Shown here: positions 1-12,510 of the stretch, one piece after another
How positions within the stretch are numbered: position 1 is the first letter of the stretch
Layout of the letters: each line of letters opens with the position of its first letter
Source of the DNA: Octopus bimaculoides
Lineage: Eukaryota
NCBI RefSeq assembly: GCF_001194135.2
Contig: NC_068983.1
Span: forward strand, 85,252,172 to 85,285,200
Reading direction: 5' to 3'
Length of the DNA: 33,029 nucleotides
The notes under the pieces: generated by a model
Database searches by the model: none
What the model was told of the DNA's origin: nothing
The model's input: the letters and a program-made list of their open reading frames with translations, nothing else
Made by a program: the position numbers and the translations under genes

Positions 1-1
1 C

Positions 2-268
2 TTGAAGTTGGCGGAGAGCTTCGGCCTTGTAGAGGTCCACACGCCATACCACCACGGCTCCACCCTTATCGGCCAGTTTTATAATGATGTCAGTGCGGCG
101 TCGGAGGGATCGAAGGGCCGAGAGTTCGGCTGGGGAGATATTGAGTTGAAAGGGACGCCTGGAAAAGTTAAACTGGTCCACAGCACGCTGGCAGGCGCCC
201 GCAAAAAGATCAACTGCTTGGAACTGGCCAGGAGCAGGCTTCCATTGGGATGGTAGGCAGCACAGGTC
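2..268 (-). mobile_element. Penelope-like retroelement (PLE) fragment, region just N-terminal to the reverse transcriptase core; continues beyond the window start
   Basis: Manual translation of an open minus frame absent from the ORF track: DLCCLPSQWKPAPGQFQAVDLFAGACQRAVDQFNFSRRPFQLNISPAELSALRSLRRRTDIIIKLADKGGAVVVWRVDLYKAEALRQLQ. The N(I/L)S..E..AL..L....DIIIK.ADKG..VV motif is the typical PLE pre-RT signature. The segment is GC/CpG-rich against AT-rich flanks and ends at a (GA)n tract. Confidence 0.88.
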
Positions 269-1371
269 AATGAGAGAGAGAGATACAATTTAGATAAAAT
301 CAGATTAATTTTTTGTAGACAAACTTCCAAGAAATGGATAAATAATAAATGCTTAAATAATCTCTACTAGGTGCGTATTATAAGTCTTGCTTGATAGGAT
401 TCATTAATAATGTGTATATCACTTATAATGTATACACAAACATAGAATGATGCTAGTTGTAAAATTCAATGCTTTACAATATGTAAAACCATTAGATATT
501 TAAAAAATAAAATAATGAAAAGATAAATTACTTTTTTCCTTTTTCTTCAAATTAAAAAAAGATTTTCTACAAAATACTAAATCATAAATTTATAGAACTT
601 CTAAAATTTTATTACAAAATATTGCTTTGGGGTTTATAAGTATCAACAATGTCACACCAAATCTAAGTGTTATGCAAATGAAATAATAAATGAAAATTCA
701 TTGTTGGAATATTTATTCAAATATTTACATAGAAGATATTTTTTTCTTTCTTTGTTTCAATTATTATTATTATTATTATTATTATTTATTTATCAATAGT
801 AATAATGGTTAAAAATGCAGGGTTTGCTTTGTCTCGTCTACAATCTAGTTTGGCTAAAGCTTTACCCGAGAATGTAAGCAGTCAGAGTTTACAACTACTG
901 TAATAAAAGACTTCCAACTTAAAAGTCCTTTATTATTCAAAAATTATTTTATTTTTGTTTTTTCAATTTGTTTTATGAACAGAAAAAAATGTAAAACAAA
1001 AAATATATATATATATATATAAAAAACCAATTATAATAAAACAATAGAAATAATAGAATCATAATAATGATGACAATAATAATAATAATAACCAATGCCA
1101 TTCCAGAGTCATTTTGCAGCTTGATCCTAAGATTCAGATCAAACTTCCGTTAGCAAGAAAAAAAGAGAGAGGGTTGGGGAGTGGGGGCAGTAGAAGTTCA
1201 CCTTGTGTATTGATGTTTGGTCAAAACATTAAAGAAAACACAGAAAACAGTCAGCGACAGATAGGTTAATAAAGACTTCATGGAATCACAATGAATACAT
1301 ATGTGCTTCTTAGTTCACTTACAAAGGGTTTTAAACACATTTAGCTTCAGACAGTGTATAACAACAATAAT

Positions 1372-1590
1372 AATCCTTTCTACTATAGGCACATGACCTG
1401 AAATTTTCAGGGAGGAGACTAGTCAATTATATTGACGCCAGTGTTTCACTGGTACTTAATTTATCAACCCTGAAAGGATGAAAGTCAAATTTGATCTCGG
1501 CGGAATTTGAACTTACAACGTAGCAACGGGCAAAATACTGCTAAGCATTCCATCCAGCACACTAATGATTTTGCCAGCTCACTGCCTCAA
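1372..1590 (-). mobile_element. tRNA-derived SINE (family A), near full length
   Basis: On the minus strand: tRNA-like head with B-box-like GTTCAAATTCC, core GGATGAAAG.CAAA..TGA.CTCGGCGGAATTTGAAC (as read on plus), (ATT)n tail. Many similar copies occur in the window. Confidence 0.8.
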
Positions 1591-1611
1591 CAATAATAAT
1601 AATAATGATAA

Positions 1612-2113
1612 TTATTAATTCAGGCACTAGGCCACAAATCTAGAAGGGAGAAGGGTTTGTTGACTTATATCAACTGCTAATACTTAATTGGTACCTTATT
1701 TTTATCAATCACAAAAATAATAATAATAATGAAAGGCGGATCACAGTCGGTGTCAGAGAAATAATGGTTTTATATATTGGCACAAAACCAGCAACTTTAA
1801 GGGCAGAGTTAAATTAATTACCTCAACCCCAGGAATCAACTGGTACTAATTTTATCGACTTTGAAAGGACGGGCAAAGCTAGCCTTGGCAGAATTTGAAC
1901 TCAGAACATAAGGCTAGTAAAAGGTTCTAGGTAAATTCCACCAGGTGAATTTCACCATAGGTAAATTCCACCATGGTGTACTCCACCATGGTAAATTTTA
2001 CCCATAGACAGACTTCCAATATAAGCTGCTCCTGCTAATAATCACAGTGGTCAGTTTCTCTAGGCTGTGGGTCAATACCTATGTTATTTAATCTGTCTGT
2101 CTCTCAAGTCTTA

Positions 2114-2159
<46 letters not shown>

Positions 2160-2862
2160 TTCTGAAGGCGAGATAGAAAATAATCTTTATAATCTACTTG
2201 AATTGAGATGGGATCACTTTAATGTACCCTCATTCTTTGTGTGATTATTCCTTAATTATTTTTCTCCCTCGTATTTTTTGTATTCCTTTACATTATTAAT
2301 ATTATTTTTCATGCATTCTTTTTTTTATTTCCATAATATTGTAACCCATACAATATAATAATAATACTAATAATAATAATTTCACCTATGGTGAAATTTA
2401 CCAGTTACCTAGTAAAATGCTACTCAGCATTCTGTCCAGCATGTTAAAGATTCTGTCAGCTCATTACCTTAAGTCTCAGAGAAATAATAACTCCTTTTAA
2501 TTAAGAAGAAGGCCAATTTTTGCAGAAGAAGGGGCTATAATACATTGAATTAATTACAGCATGGTACTGGCCTTTATTTTAACAACTGTCACTCCCACCC
2601 CCACTGTTCTAATGTAAAGTCAGCTTCAGAGAAATCAAGACTAGACAAAATGTATTGGCCAGATTAGAATAATAATGATTGCTAACATAGGCACAAGATC
2701 ACAAATTTTGATGGTCCAGTAAATAACTGTAGCATTGGTTGTAGATTAAAACAGGTCTGTCACTGGTTCCGTGCAATCTTGATGGTGGGAATGACAAGGA
2801 ACTGCCCGTTTAATCTAGGTGGAATAAATACTAGACAATATTTTTGTCTGACATACTAATTC
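1612..2862 (-). mobile_element. Cluster of family-A SINE copies/fragments (~1612-1712, 1765-1922 + 2418-2472 split by a MITE, 2490-2670, 2715-2862)
   Basis: Recurrent motifs ggcac.aggcc...aaattt, actggtact..tttatc, gaatttgaactcagaac, each next to an (AAT)n tract. Confidence 0.7.
1923..2409. mobile_element. Non-autonomous DNA transposon (MITE) with GG...CC termini, ~20-bp imperfect TIRs and 8-bp TSD TAGTAAAA (Mutator/Phantom- or Merlin-like)
   Basis: Left end GGTTCTAGGTAAATTCCACC versus reverse complement of right end GGTAACTGGTAAATTTCACC. TAGTAAAA occurs at 1915-1922 and 2410-2417. The interrupted SINE resumes after 2417. Subterminal GGTRAATTYCACC repeats. Confidence 0.8.
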
Positions 2863-2967
2863 AATTATTTCTTGTTAATGTGTATATAGTTTGGCTACAC
2901 ACACAGATGTATGAGTGAGTGGATAAATTGAAGAAAGTGATATTCAACACATTTGGTAGTAGTTACA

Positions 2968-3157
2968 TATAATATTTAATAACAGTTTGATTCAGTCCCA
3001 TGCAACTTAAAGTTTCAAATAATCATCAAACAAATCTATCTTGTTAGACACAAAGAAACGAATTTGGCTTCTACAATCCATACAGGACAGATTCACTTAA
3101 TAAGCTTATAAAACTAAGTTGCACAGAGCCAAATCAAACTGTTATTAAATATTATAT
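2968..3157. mobile_element. Short hairpin/MITE-like element with ~45-bp inverted arms
   Basis: TATAATATTTAATAACAGTTTGATT...TGCAACTTA (2968-3010) is the reverse complement of TAAGTTGCA...AATCAAACTGTTATTAAATATTATA (3115-3155), with a few mismatches. TA-rich ends. Confidence 0.6.
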
Positions 3158-3361
3158 ATATATATATATAAATAATAATTCTACCCAAAGAGTGGTGACA
3201 GTGACTTTGAAGTTTCATCTGGCCAATGATGGCTAGCAGGCCAAAACTTCAAAGTTAATAAATAAAAAGTATTGAGTAATTGTTCAGGTTAACATAAAAT
3301 TGTTTTTTATTATAACAACATAAAAGCAAGCATTAAAACACACACACACACACACACATAC

Positions 3362-3530
3362 AATGTGGTTGTGGGGAATTAAGCTTGCTTCATTGCCATT
3401 CTCGAATTTTATTCTTACTGCATGTCACCTTAGCAAAGTAATTTGTGCCTCAGCCCCAAATCAACTGATGCACTGTTAGTGAAAGTAATTGATAGAAATT
3501 GTATGGAAGTCAGCCTTATACACACACACC
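3362..3530 (+). mobile_element. Degenerate SINE (family C); a further fragment at ~14385-14450 (minus)
   Basis: Motifs aagcttgctt.. and caccttagcaaagt resemble the caccttgggcaagtgtctt SINE core. It ends in a (CA)n tract. Confidence 0.5.
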
Positions 3531-3814
3531 CAGACATGTACACAATGGTTTCAGCACAGTTTCTGTCTACAAAATTCCACTTAAAAAGCATTGGTCAATG
3601 GGACACTATCATAGCTGAATGCCCAAGGTGCCACATAATAGAAATGAAACCAAATGTTTGCTTTGCAAACATTTTAACCACATAGCTACCTCTGAATACT
3701 GGCCTTCATTTTTATCAACAACCACCAACACAAACACTGTGTTGAAATAAAGAGTAAACTTTGATGAAACTTAGAGTTTTCTATTATCTTAATCCAATGA
3801 TGAAGATAATCATA

Positions 3815-4530
3815 ATAATTTCTAACATAGGTACAGTCATAAATTTAGAGGGAAGGGTTACTCAAGTAAATCAGTCTCAATATTTGACTGGTACTTTTAC
3901 TGGTAAAGATGAATGAAAAACAAAGTTGATCTCAGTAGAATTAGAACTCAGTACATACAGAATTATAACTAAATGCTGCAAAGTATTTTGTCTAATGCTT
4001 TACTGATTCTGCCAAAACACTGCCATATTACTATAGACAATTGGGTAAAAAGAAAAAATTCTTAATGAAAAATTTAACATTGTATTCTAGATACAACATT
4101 GGTCCCAGTCAAACAGCATTCTGGGTAAAATATAGCAGAAAAATATGATGATAATGATTTTCTCTATTATAGGTACAGGGCCTGAAATTTTGGAAGAGGG
4201 GACTATCTGATTACATCAACACTGGTGCTCAATTGGCACTTATTTTATTGATCCTGTGAGGATGAAAGGCAAAGTCTATCTCGGCAGAATATATAATAAT
4301 AATAATCTTTTCTACTAAAGACATAAGGCCTGAAATTTTGGGTGAGGAGATAAGTCAATTACATCACACCAGTGTTCAACTGGTACTTATTTTATCGACC
4401 CCCAAAAGGATGAAAGGCAAAGTCGACCTTGGCGGAATATATAATAATAATAATGATGGTTTCTAATACTGACACAAAGCCAGACATTTTGTGGGGAAAC
4501 TGCTTTTACCGACTTTCAGTACTGGATTGT
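3815..4530 (-). mobile_element. Family-A SINE cluster (~3815-4025, 4158-4290, 4305-4438, 4455-4530)
   Basis: ggcctgaaattttgg, actggtacttattttatcgacccc and aggatgaaaggcaaagtcgacc motifs, separated by (AAT)n tracts. Confidence 0.8.
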
Positions 4531-6154
4531 TACTTTTAAAGATACTAATTTAAAATATAGCCTACTTAACTGGATGTGAAATCAGTTTATGGTTTCTTGC
4601 TTGATAGCCCCAACAGACATTTCCTTTTCAGAGAGACAGCTAATCCGTAAAGCAGAGCTGCAATGTTCAAAACAAAAATCTTGATTTTCTTGCTTTCAGC
4701 CAGAAACAGAATTGCAAGTGTAGCTTCCCTTTATGATTCACATGGTATTTGCATGTGTGCGTATGTGTGAGAGAGAGAATATTTAAGATGTGCAGTGATC
4801 AGTTGCACTACAAATAATATGTTGCTTCCCAAGCAAAAACCATCATTTGTTCTGCAGCCAACCAGCCAGTATTTCCCACCATCGCGCATCAATTTTAAAT
4901 GAGAGATTTCCAGTTACTCCATGTGAGCCAAGATCTTCCAAAGAACTTGCACACCCTTGTGAAGTGGAATCAATATTTTCTAAAAAGTTAATAATTTCAC
5001 AGTTAAAATATATTTCATGTATTTTAGATAAGTGAAAACACACATTTGATGGTGAATACCACAACCCACTGGGTACCACAAAGGATTTTGTCTTCATACA
5101 GCACATATAGGTCAAGTCAACTTGACAGTCTATCTTATTCTACACTGAATATGCAAGGATTACTGCATTTAGCACAATAATTTTATTGTTCTTCAACTGC
5201 ATAAAGCAGTGAGCTTGTTGCACACTATGCTTTGTTATTTCTCAACAAGTGAGCTGAGAGGGACAATTTGAGAGTTATGTGCCTTGGTTACAAATAGAGA
5301 AGAGAGCATTAGACAGCACAAGCCAGCACTTCAGTATGACTTCGTGATTTCCTTTTATCATACTCTCTCTTGTGCCTATATTAACTTGGTAAATAAACAA
5401 CACAGTACAGCTGATACTTAAAAGTCTGTAGTTTGTAATCTATCTACCTAGCTAATCCTTTCTTGACCCAAAAGGGCTCAGATGTAGAATCTTTTCTTCC
5501 TCACATTTCCAAAACATTAAACAGATAAGACAGACTATTACCAATAACATCTTTAGCTCTCCAGATATTTACTTTTCTGCAGGCTAAATAAAACTCATTT
5601 AAATACAAATGATGTCAGCACTAAGTTTTAAACATTAGACTTCTGTTTATAGATGTAGCTTATAATAACTAAGCTATAGTGTCTCTGAGATGGTATACTG
5701 GTCAATTCCAGTTAATATTCTAACCTTCCCAAAACTTGTTAGGGAAAGAAATGATGCCAAAATAGTTACAATTGGGCACCAAAATATGTTCGTAGATTTG
5801 GTCCACAAGTAGCTTAATAAAATTCACTAGAAGAGAACAGCTTTTTTAGGACAGATAAGAACAATTAGAGCATACGTCTTAATCTTCCCAATGTTGAAGC
5901 AAGTTTGCAAGAAATGTTTTCAGCTGATTAAATGAATATCTGAAGCAAAGAATAATTAATTAGTGCCAGAATACCATGGCCAAAATTAATAGTAGAAAAA
6001 ATTATTATCATCATGATCTTTAGATTTGTTTATGTCACATTTGTTAATCCTCACCCACCAGACGTTAATAACTCCATAAGCCAATAATCCGCCACAACCA
6101 ATCAAAGAGAAAAATTAAATGTTATTCTAGAGATCCACACTTGAAACCCACCAT

Positions 6155-6392
6155 TCCTAAATGTTTTTGTTACCAGATTTTCGCTAAAGTACACCTTTCT
6201 TATTTCAATTAATTTCCGAAATAATGAAGAATATAGTAAAATAACTTTGCTATTATTAAGCTGATGTTTGGAACACAAATTAGCATGACATTTTAAAAAG
6301 AAATTCTGATTTAGATTACTTTTGAAGCAGGAAGTTTGTACCACAGAACCAAGGACAGTCTTAGGTGGGTTGGTATCAAACGAATTGATAAT
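6155..6392. mobile_element. ~240-bp interspersed MITE-like repeat (degenerate TTAA/CCC piggyBac-type ends)
   Basis: Aligns by eye with the reverse complement of ~26411-26637 (tagtaaaataactttg...tgtttggaac.caaatt...gaagtttgtaccacagaacc...ttggtatcaaa). Ends resemble ttttg(t/a)tacc / ggtatcaaa. The superfamily call is tentative. Confidence 0.6.
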
Positions 6393-6635
6393 CTGACTGT
6401 AGATAGTTGTCAACATACTAGCAATTAAAAAAGGAAATGAAATAAAAAAAAAAACACAATTTCTTGTTAATAAAAAGACAATACAGTGGAGTTGGTGTTC
6501 AGAGTTAGTAAAAAAAAAAATTTTTTCTCCCTTTTATCACTGTCAGCCATCACTGTATGTAAAAAAAAGGAATTAAGCACATATGTGTTCACATGATGAA
6601 ACCACATGCCATTGTATCTGTGTGTTTGTCTGCAC

Positions 6636-6637
<2 letters not shown>

Positions 6638-6694
<57 letters not shown>

Positions 6695-6851
6695 TAAAAC
6701 CATCCTTTTATGCCCATTTTTCTCATTGTAGCAGGAGTTAGAGTAAGACAGGTCTTGTGTGTATACATACACACACGTGTATGTGTGTATGTTTATATAT
6801 ACATGTACATGTGTGTGCATGTATGTGTGTGTGTGTGTGTGTGTGTGTATG

Positions 6852-6889
<38 letters not shown>

Positions 6890-6898
6890 TGTAAAAGC

Positions 6899-6929
<31 letters not shown>

Positions 6930-6930
6930 A
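6638..6930. repeat. Compound (TA)n/(TG)n/(CA)n microsatellite
   Basis: Directly visible; source of several spurious YIYI/HTHT/CVCV ORFs. Confidence 0.97.
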
Positions 6931-7662
6931 CACACCTAAGTCTTTAAGTTACAAATACAAAATACCTGGCCAGCAAGCATTACAAGGATTAAACATATTT
7001 CAAGGCTGGAGAAAGCTTTTTCAAACATCTTTATCAGTAGAAGTCTGCAGTTTGGTCTCAGTTTCCAATTAGTTGATCCATATCAAACTTGCACAGCAAG
7101 ATTCATTTTATTATTATTATTATTTTCAGTTATTTTTACTTCAACCCAATCTCTTAAAACAAAAATTTAAACATTTTTGAGATATGCCTTTTTTTTTCCT
7201 TTCTTTTTTCTTGTCCTGGTGTAATTATTGTCCATTAATTTATCCAAATATCAATCCATTCTTTTAACAATGTTTTTTTGTTTCTCAGTGAGTGAACATG
7301 AGATATCTCCCTGCAGAACTACATGCAATTAAACCTCTGTTCCTTAGACATAGAAACACACACACACACACACATCTATATCCAGATACAGGCATTACAC
7401 AATGTAGAGAACATCACTGAGACACACCGTCCACGAATTCCAGAAGTTCCCTATATAACTATAATTGAAGTGTCCATTTAGCAAACACTGCTTCAGACTA
7501 GAGCAAAGGTAGGAAAGCAAGGACAGTGTAAAACAATGATCAGACAGTTGACAATGAAGATGTTGGTTATTACCAAGTTTAGTAGTTGGTATACAATCGC
7601 ATAATCTGGCTAGTGTGTAGTCTCTGTTGTAATATATTAGAAATCATATATACATATATATA

Positions 7663-7826
7663 NNNNNNNNNNNNNNNNNNNNNNNNNNNNNNNNNNNNNN
7701 NNNNNNNNNNNNNNNNNNNNNNNNNNNNNNNNNNNNNNNNNNNNNNNNNNNNNNNNNNNNNNNNNNNNNNNNNNNNNNNNNNNNNNNNNNNNNNNNNNNN
7801 NNNNNNNNNNNNNNNNNNNNNNNNNN
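7663..7826. other. Assembly gap (N run); other gaps at 9221-9692, 17379-17411, 29254-30008 and 30957-31821
   Basis: N runs; several are flanked by (TA)n or repeats. Confidence 1.
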
Positions 7827-7854
7827 ATATATATATATATATATAGGAATAATG

Positions 7855-8181
7855 ATCCCCTTCGGTCATGAATGACCATGGGATTGTACCTAGAAAGTTC
7901 CCCTCCAAGGCACAAGTCTGGGCAAGGTTGTTTATGGAAGACCAGCAGTCGCCCATGCATACCAGCTTCCCCTCTCCAAACCGCTGATGTTATCTAAGGG
8001 AAAGGCAAAGACTGATACAGCTTGGCACCAGTGATGCCACAACTTATTCCTGCAGCTGAGCGAACTGAAGCAACATGAAATAAAGTGTCTTGCTCAAGAA
8101 CACAACACACAGCCTGGTCCAGGAGTCCAACTCACTACCTCATGATTGTGAACCCAACACTAACCACTGAGCCATGCACCT
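7855..8181 (-). mobile_element. tRNA-derived SINE (family B), apparently full length
   Basis: The minus strand starts with a tRNA-like head (GGCTCAGTGGTTAG...GTAGTGAGTTGGACTCC) followed by the core GTGTTGTGTTCTTGAGCAAGACACTTTATTTCA. GC-rich ~330-bp island. Confidence 0.8.
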
Positions 8182-8765
8182 TACCCATTTATTAATACAC
8201 ACACACTGTGTTTTATACATTTTTATATCAAAAACACACAGTCTCTTTCAAAAGAAAGGATACACATATAATTCTCAAATGCATTTATACAAACACACAT
8301 ATACACATACATAGATGAATGCATATATACATACATTTTTACTCAAACTTATGTATGTTTTATATATATATGCATACAAGTGTGTATACTAGCACACATG
8401 CACATGTTTCCATATGTGCATATAACTATTTAAACATACATGTACATGCATTTACACAGTCAAGTAGATAGACAAATAGATATGTATATAATGTAAATAG
8501 ACAGATAAATATATGATAGACCAACAGACATATGAGCAGACATTTAGTTGTGTATACAGTAATATCAGTAGTAGTGAAGAACATACTAATAACCCAAGGC
8601 TGTTCTACTTTCCAGTTCCACATATATATAATATGCATGAAACTGAAAGAGGCTAACTATGAAGGTCCAGAAATGCACTGAACACATTGTATTGTTGCTT
8701 GGTGAAAAACCTTTGCAATAAAAATCAATGTAATTGAATAACAGACAACAAATACATACACAGTA

Positions 8766-8797
<32 letters not shown>

Positions 8798-9692
8798 AAT
8801 AATTGGTATTGATAATAAAAAAAAAAATTAAATAATAATGATGACGACAACAACAACAACAACAACAACAATAATAATAATAATAATAATAATGATAATA
8901 ATAATAATAATAATATTGATAAATAAAAATTGTTATAATTGTAACTGCTGAATCACAGAAGCAAAGATTTTTGTTTTTTGTTTTATCTTGTTCAAGTACA
9001 TGTGTAGAAGAATGGGGAAGGGTTCTTTGAAGGAATTGGAAATTGTTTTAGTCTTTTGAGGAGGCTTTTATCCATTGCCTCCAACATTTTCCTTTACCAT
9101 TTTATTTCACTGTCTTTTGTTGTTGCTGTTTGACATTTTTCTTCTTCATTTGGTTGCTTTTCTTTTAAATTTATTTATTAGCTCAAAATAATAATAAAAA
9201 AAAAACCATGGTGCACCACANNNNNNNNNNNNNNNNNNNNNNNNNNNNNNNNNNNNNNNNNNNNNNNNNNNNNNNNNNNNNNNNNNNNNNNNNNNNNNNN
9301 NNNNNNNNNNNNNNNNNNNNNNNNNNNNNNNNNNNNNNNNNNNNNNNNNNNNNNNNNNNNNNNNNNNNNNNNNNNNNNNNNNNNNNNNNNNNNNNNNNNN
9401 NNNNNNNNNNNNNNNNNNNNNNNNNNNNNNNNNNNNNNNNNNNNNNNNNNNNNNNNNNNNNNNNNNNNNNNNNNNNNNNNNNNNNNNNNNNNNNNNNNNN
9501 NNNNNNNNNNNNNNNNNNNNNNNNNNNNNNNNNNNNNNNNNNNNNNNNNNNNNNNNNNNNNNNNNNNNNNNNNNNNNNNNNNNNNNNNNNNNNNNNNNNN
9601 NNNNNNNNNNNNNNNNNNNNNNNNNNNNNNNNNNNNNNNNNNNNNNNNNNNNNNNNNNNNNNNNNNNNNNNNNNNNNNNNNNNNNNNNNNNN

Positions 9693-9728
<36 letters not shown>

Positions 9729-12468
9729 CAAACAAACATAAAACACACACATGCTTGGATCTCTGATTTGGTTATGGTCCAAGAGTATTATGGTTTGAAT
9801 CAATGTTTATTTGAATAAAATAAAATTTTAAAATATACACTATTCATAATAATAATAATAATAGAAAGGATGTCCCCAGTTGGAAAAAGTTACAGGCTTG
9901 ATGTTGTTTGTAGAAACTTTGCTCTCCAAACTGATTATTCTTCTCACTTAATGCCACCAAAATTACAGTCACAGCATCAATCATGTATGAACTCCTCCAG
10001 CTTGCTATGTATTCAAATCATATAATAGAGGTAGGTGGGGTGGTTTTAGTGTTGCCATCATGATGGATCTGACTTGAATCAGGGAAAATAACAGTTCTGT
10101 TAGTCATTCAGTCACTTTGGGTGTTATATGTTACATTCGATGTGTTTGTTACAAATACGTTTCCTACATATACATTTCCAGCTATTTTACATTTCCTGCT
10201 CTACTTACAAAAAATATAAACATAAACACTGGCCTGGGCAATTTATATTTTCTTTTTTCTTTGAAAGACCAGCAGTAATCCACGCATGCAAGATTCCCTT
10301 CTCTATACTACTGACACTGACCAAGAGAGAGGTACCCACCTTAGGACTGATACAGTGTAATTGCAGGTGTTACCATCAGAATTCAAAGGACAGAACAGAA
10401 GCCACAAAGCATCTTGTCTGATGTTCCAACAGTCCTACTAATTCACACATGAGTTAAGTACTATTATGAAGTAAGCTAAAACATACACTTAACCTTTAGA
10501 TAAGTAGGAAATTTTTTTTTTTTTAATTGTTTCTTGTATTTTAGCTCTCTCACACATACACACTAAACTTCACAAAAGAGATAATTAAGCAGAAAAACAG
10601 GTAGAAATATTAGCTTTTATTAAAATTCAAAATCTAAATACCATAAAGTACTGAACTTTACTAAGTGAATAGTAACAACAACATTAAACAACACACTGAT
10701 ATGTCCTTAAACTAAGGCAATTTTTTGACCAGTCTAAAATTAAGAGATAAAAGCATTATCACTCAGGATTACTGTTTGCCTAACACCATAACGATTCACA
10801 GTTACATCTAATATAACAGTGTTATCATCAATGTTTACTCCATGTCTAATTACATTGCCACTGACAGTTACTTCCTACATAAAAGCATTACAACCAAATA
10901 TTCACCTTCCACATTAACATCATTACTAACAATAGTTACCATCCCATTACCTCCCTTCACCTACAATTATTTGCAAAGGCGCATATAGTTGTGCATGTTG
11001 CTTTTTGACATGACATGCATCCTGTGCTGTTAAAGTATGTATCATATGAAGACTAGATCAATAAACTAACTTTTGGTGTGAATCAATAGCTAGTTTGTTT
11101 TTTTATTATTTTTTTTATGGGTGGTATAAATGGTAAGCAATGACATACATTAGCATATTTTGAATAGCTAATGAGGAAGCAAAGTCTCAGAATGTATGTA
11201 ACATATTATTTTCCAATTCTTTGAGTCACAGAAACAGCTCACATGTTTCAGGACATAGCTGTGAGAGGAGGGTTAAATAAACTCATCATCATCATCATCT
11301 TACATACATACTCTACATTTTCACCAATATAGAGAAAAATATTGATGATCGAATCACTCTCAGTTCAAATCTATTTGAAAAGTAAAATGAAAAGAACCTT
11401 ATATTCCAACTCTTCATATAAACTACAGTTAGTGCAACCAAACCAGTTTTCCTTTAAATTATAATCACAAGAAATTAATACAAAATTCTTTTAGATTTAA
11501 ATTTTTTTAGGATTTAATTTGCATTTTTCTTAGAAAAATATTTAGTTTAGATTGATATATATAATTTTTGTTTTGTTTAGTGAATTTTATGACCATCTTG
11601 CATTATTTTTTCATTTCTTTTCATTTTTGATTTCATTCAGAAAGCAAATTCTTAGACAAAACTAACATAGCTAGTACTTTTATCTAAAATTATGATTTAA
11701 AAAAAAAATGTTTATGATATAACATGGATAAAGCCTTGAAGAATTTTCAATAATTTAGAAGTTTGGCAACAGAAAGAGACAAAAATAAAAGATCTAAACT
11801 TATTTCTTACACAAACATTTTTACATTTAATCAATATGATTATAAGTTAACAGCTAATTAGTCAGGCATAAATTAAGTGTAAACAAAGAATCATTGATGT
11901 AAAAGGATGGTTTACAACAACCCTAATTAAAATCTATATTTAATTTCAATTTATTAGAATTGTATTAATCAGTAAACTAATCAACATAGGACTTATCTCA
12001 TACATGTGGAATAACCAAAATCAGTTGATTGGATTTTCTTAATTAGCTACATCTATTAATAAAGGATTAACTCCAGTGACTACAGAAGAGCAATGGAACT
12101 CTCATAAATTGATAATGATACTATTACTGCTTTCTGCACTGAGCCATACTATCTCATGGTACCTGTTTACTAGTAGAAGGAGTGGGCCATCGATGGTAGT
12201 TAAGTGTTTGGTCATGGACCTATTCTAAAGACAGTAAGTGGATATGAACGATCTAGCATTCATCAAAAGACTCGCACACTATCAACACAGCCAGCTGTGA
12301 CAGTAAAATCCTATCCAAGAACAAACAGCTAGATAGGAAGGAAGCTAAACATTTTTGAAATTGAAGATATGTTAAAAAAAAACCATTTTACTTATATAAT
12401 AATAAAAAAAAATCAATGAAGAAAAATGAAGTAAAATTCAATTAAAAAACAAGTGGAAATAAATATAT

Positions 12469-12510
<42 letters not shown>

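Noticed and set aside
2-330. ORF-track ORFs 2..256 (+) and 79..330 (-)
   Set aside because: Shadow frames of the PLE reading frame at 268..2 (-).
808-903. Short plus ORF MVKNAGFALSRLQSSLAKALPEN with a GTAAGC donor-like site
   Set aside because: No polypyrimidine acceptor, no partner exons, no recognisable homology.
4843-5115. 90-aa minus ORF ending WWEILAGWLQNK
   Set aside because: No recognisable domain or supporting splice structure; consistent with a chance ORF in AT-rich or UTR DNA.
6102-6418. Putative terminal exon (acceptor at 6419-6420; YVDNYLQSDYQFV*) and the 104-aa ORF
   Set aside because: The stop codon and most of the ORF lie within the MITE-like repeat also present at ~26411-26637.
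6467-7072. YIYI/HTHT/CVCV ORFs (also 20744-21345 and 31845-32126) and X-rich ORFs
   Set aside because: Translations of microsatellites and N gaps.
1372-8181. A/B-box-like sequences as tRNA genes
   Set aside because: They are heads of multi-copy SINEs; no complete cloverleaf or anticodon arm was identified.
12163-12219. 57-nt AG/GT-bounded minus segment (VHDQTLNYHRWPTPSTSKQ)
   Set aside because: Weak splice sites, no homology recognised and no credible partner exon; needs RNA-seq to revive.
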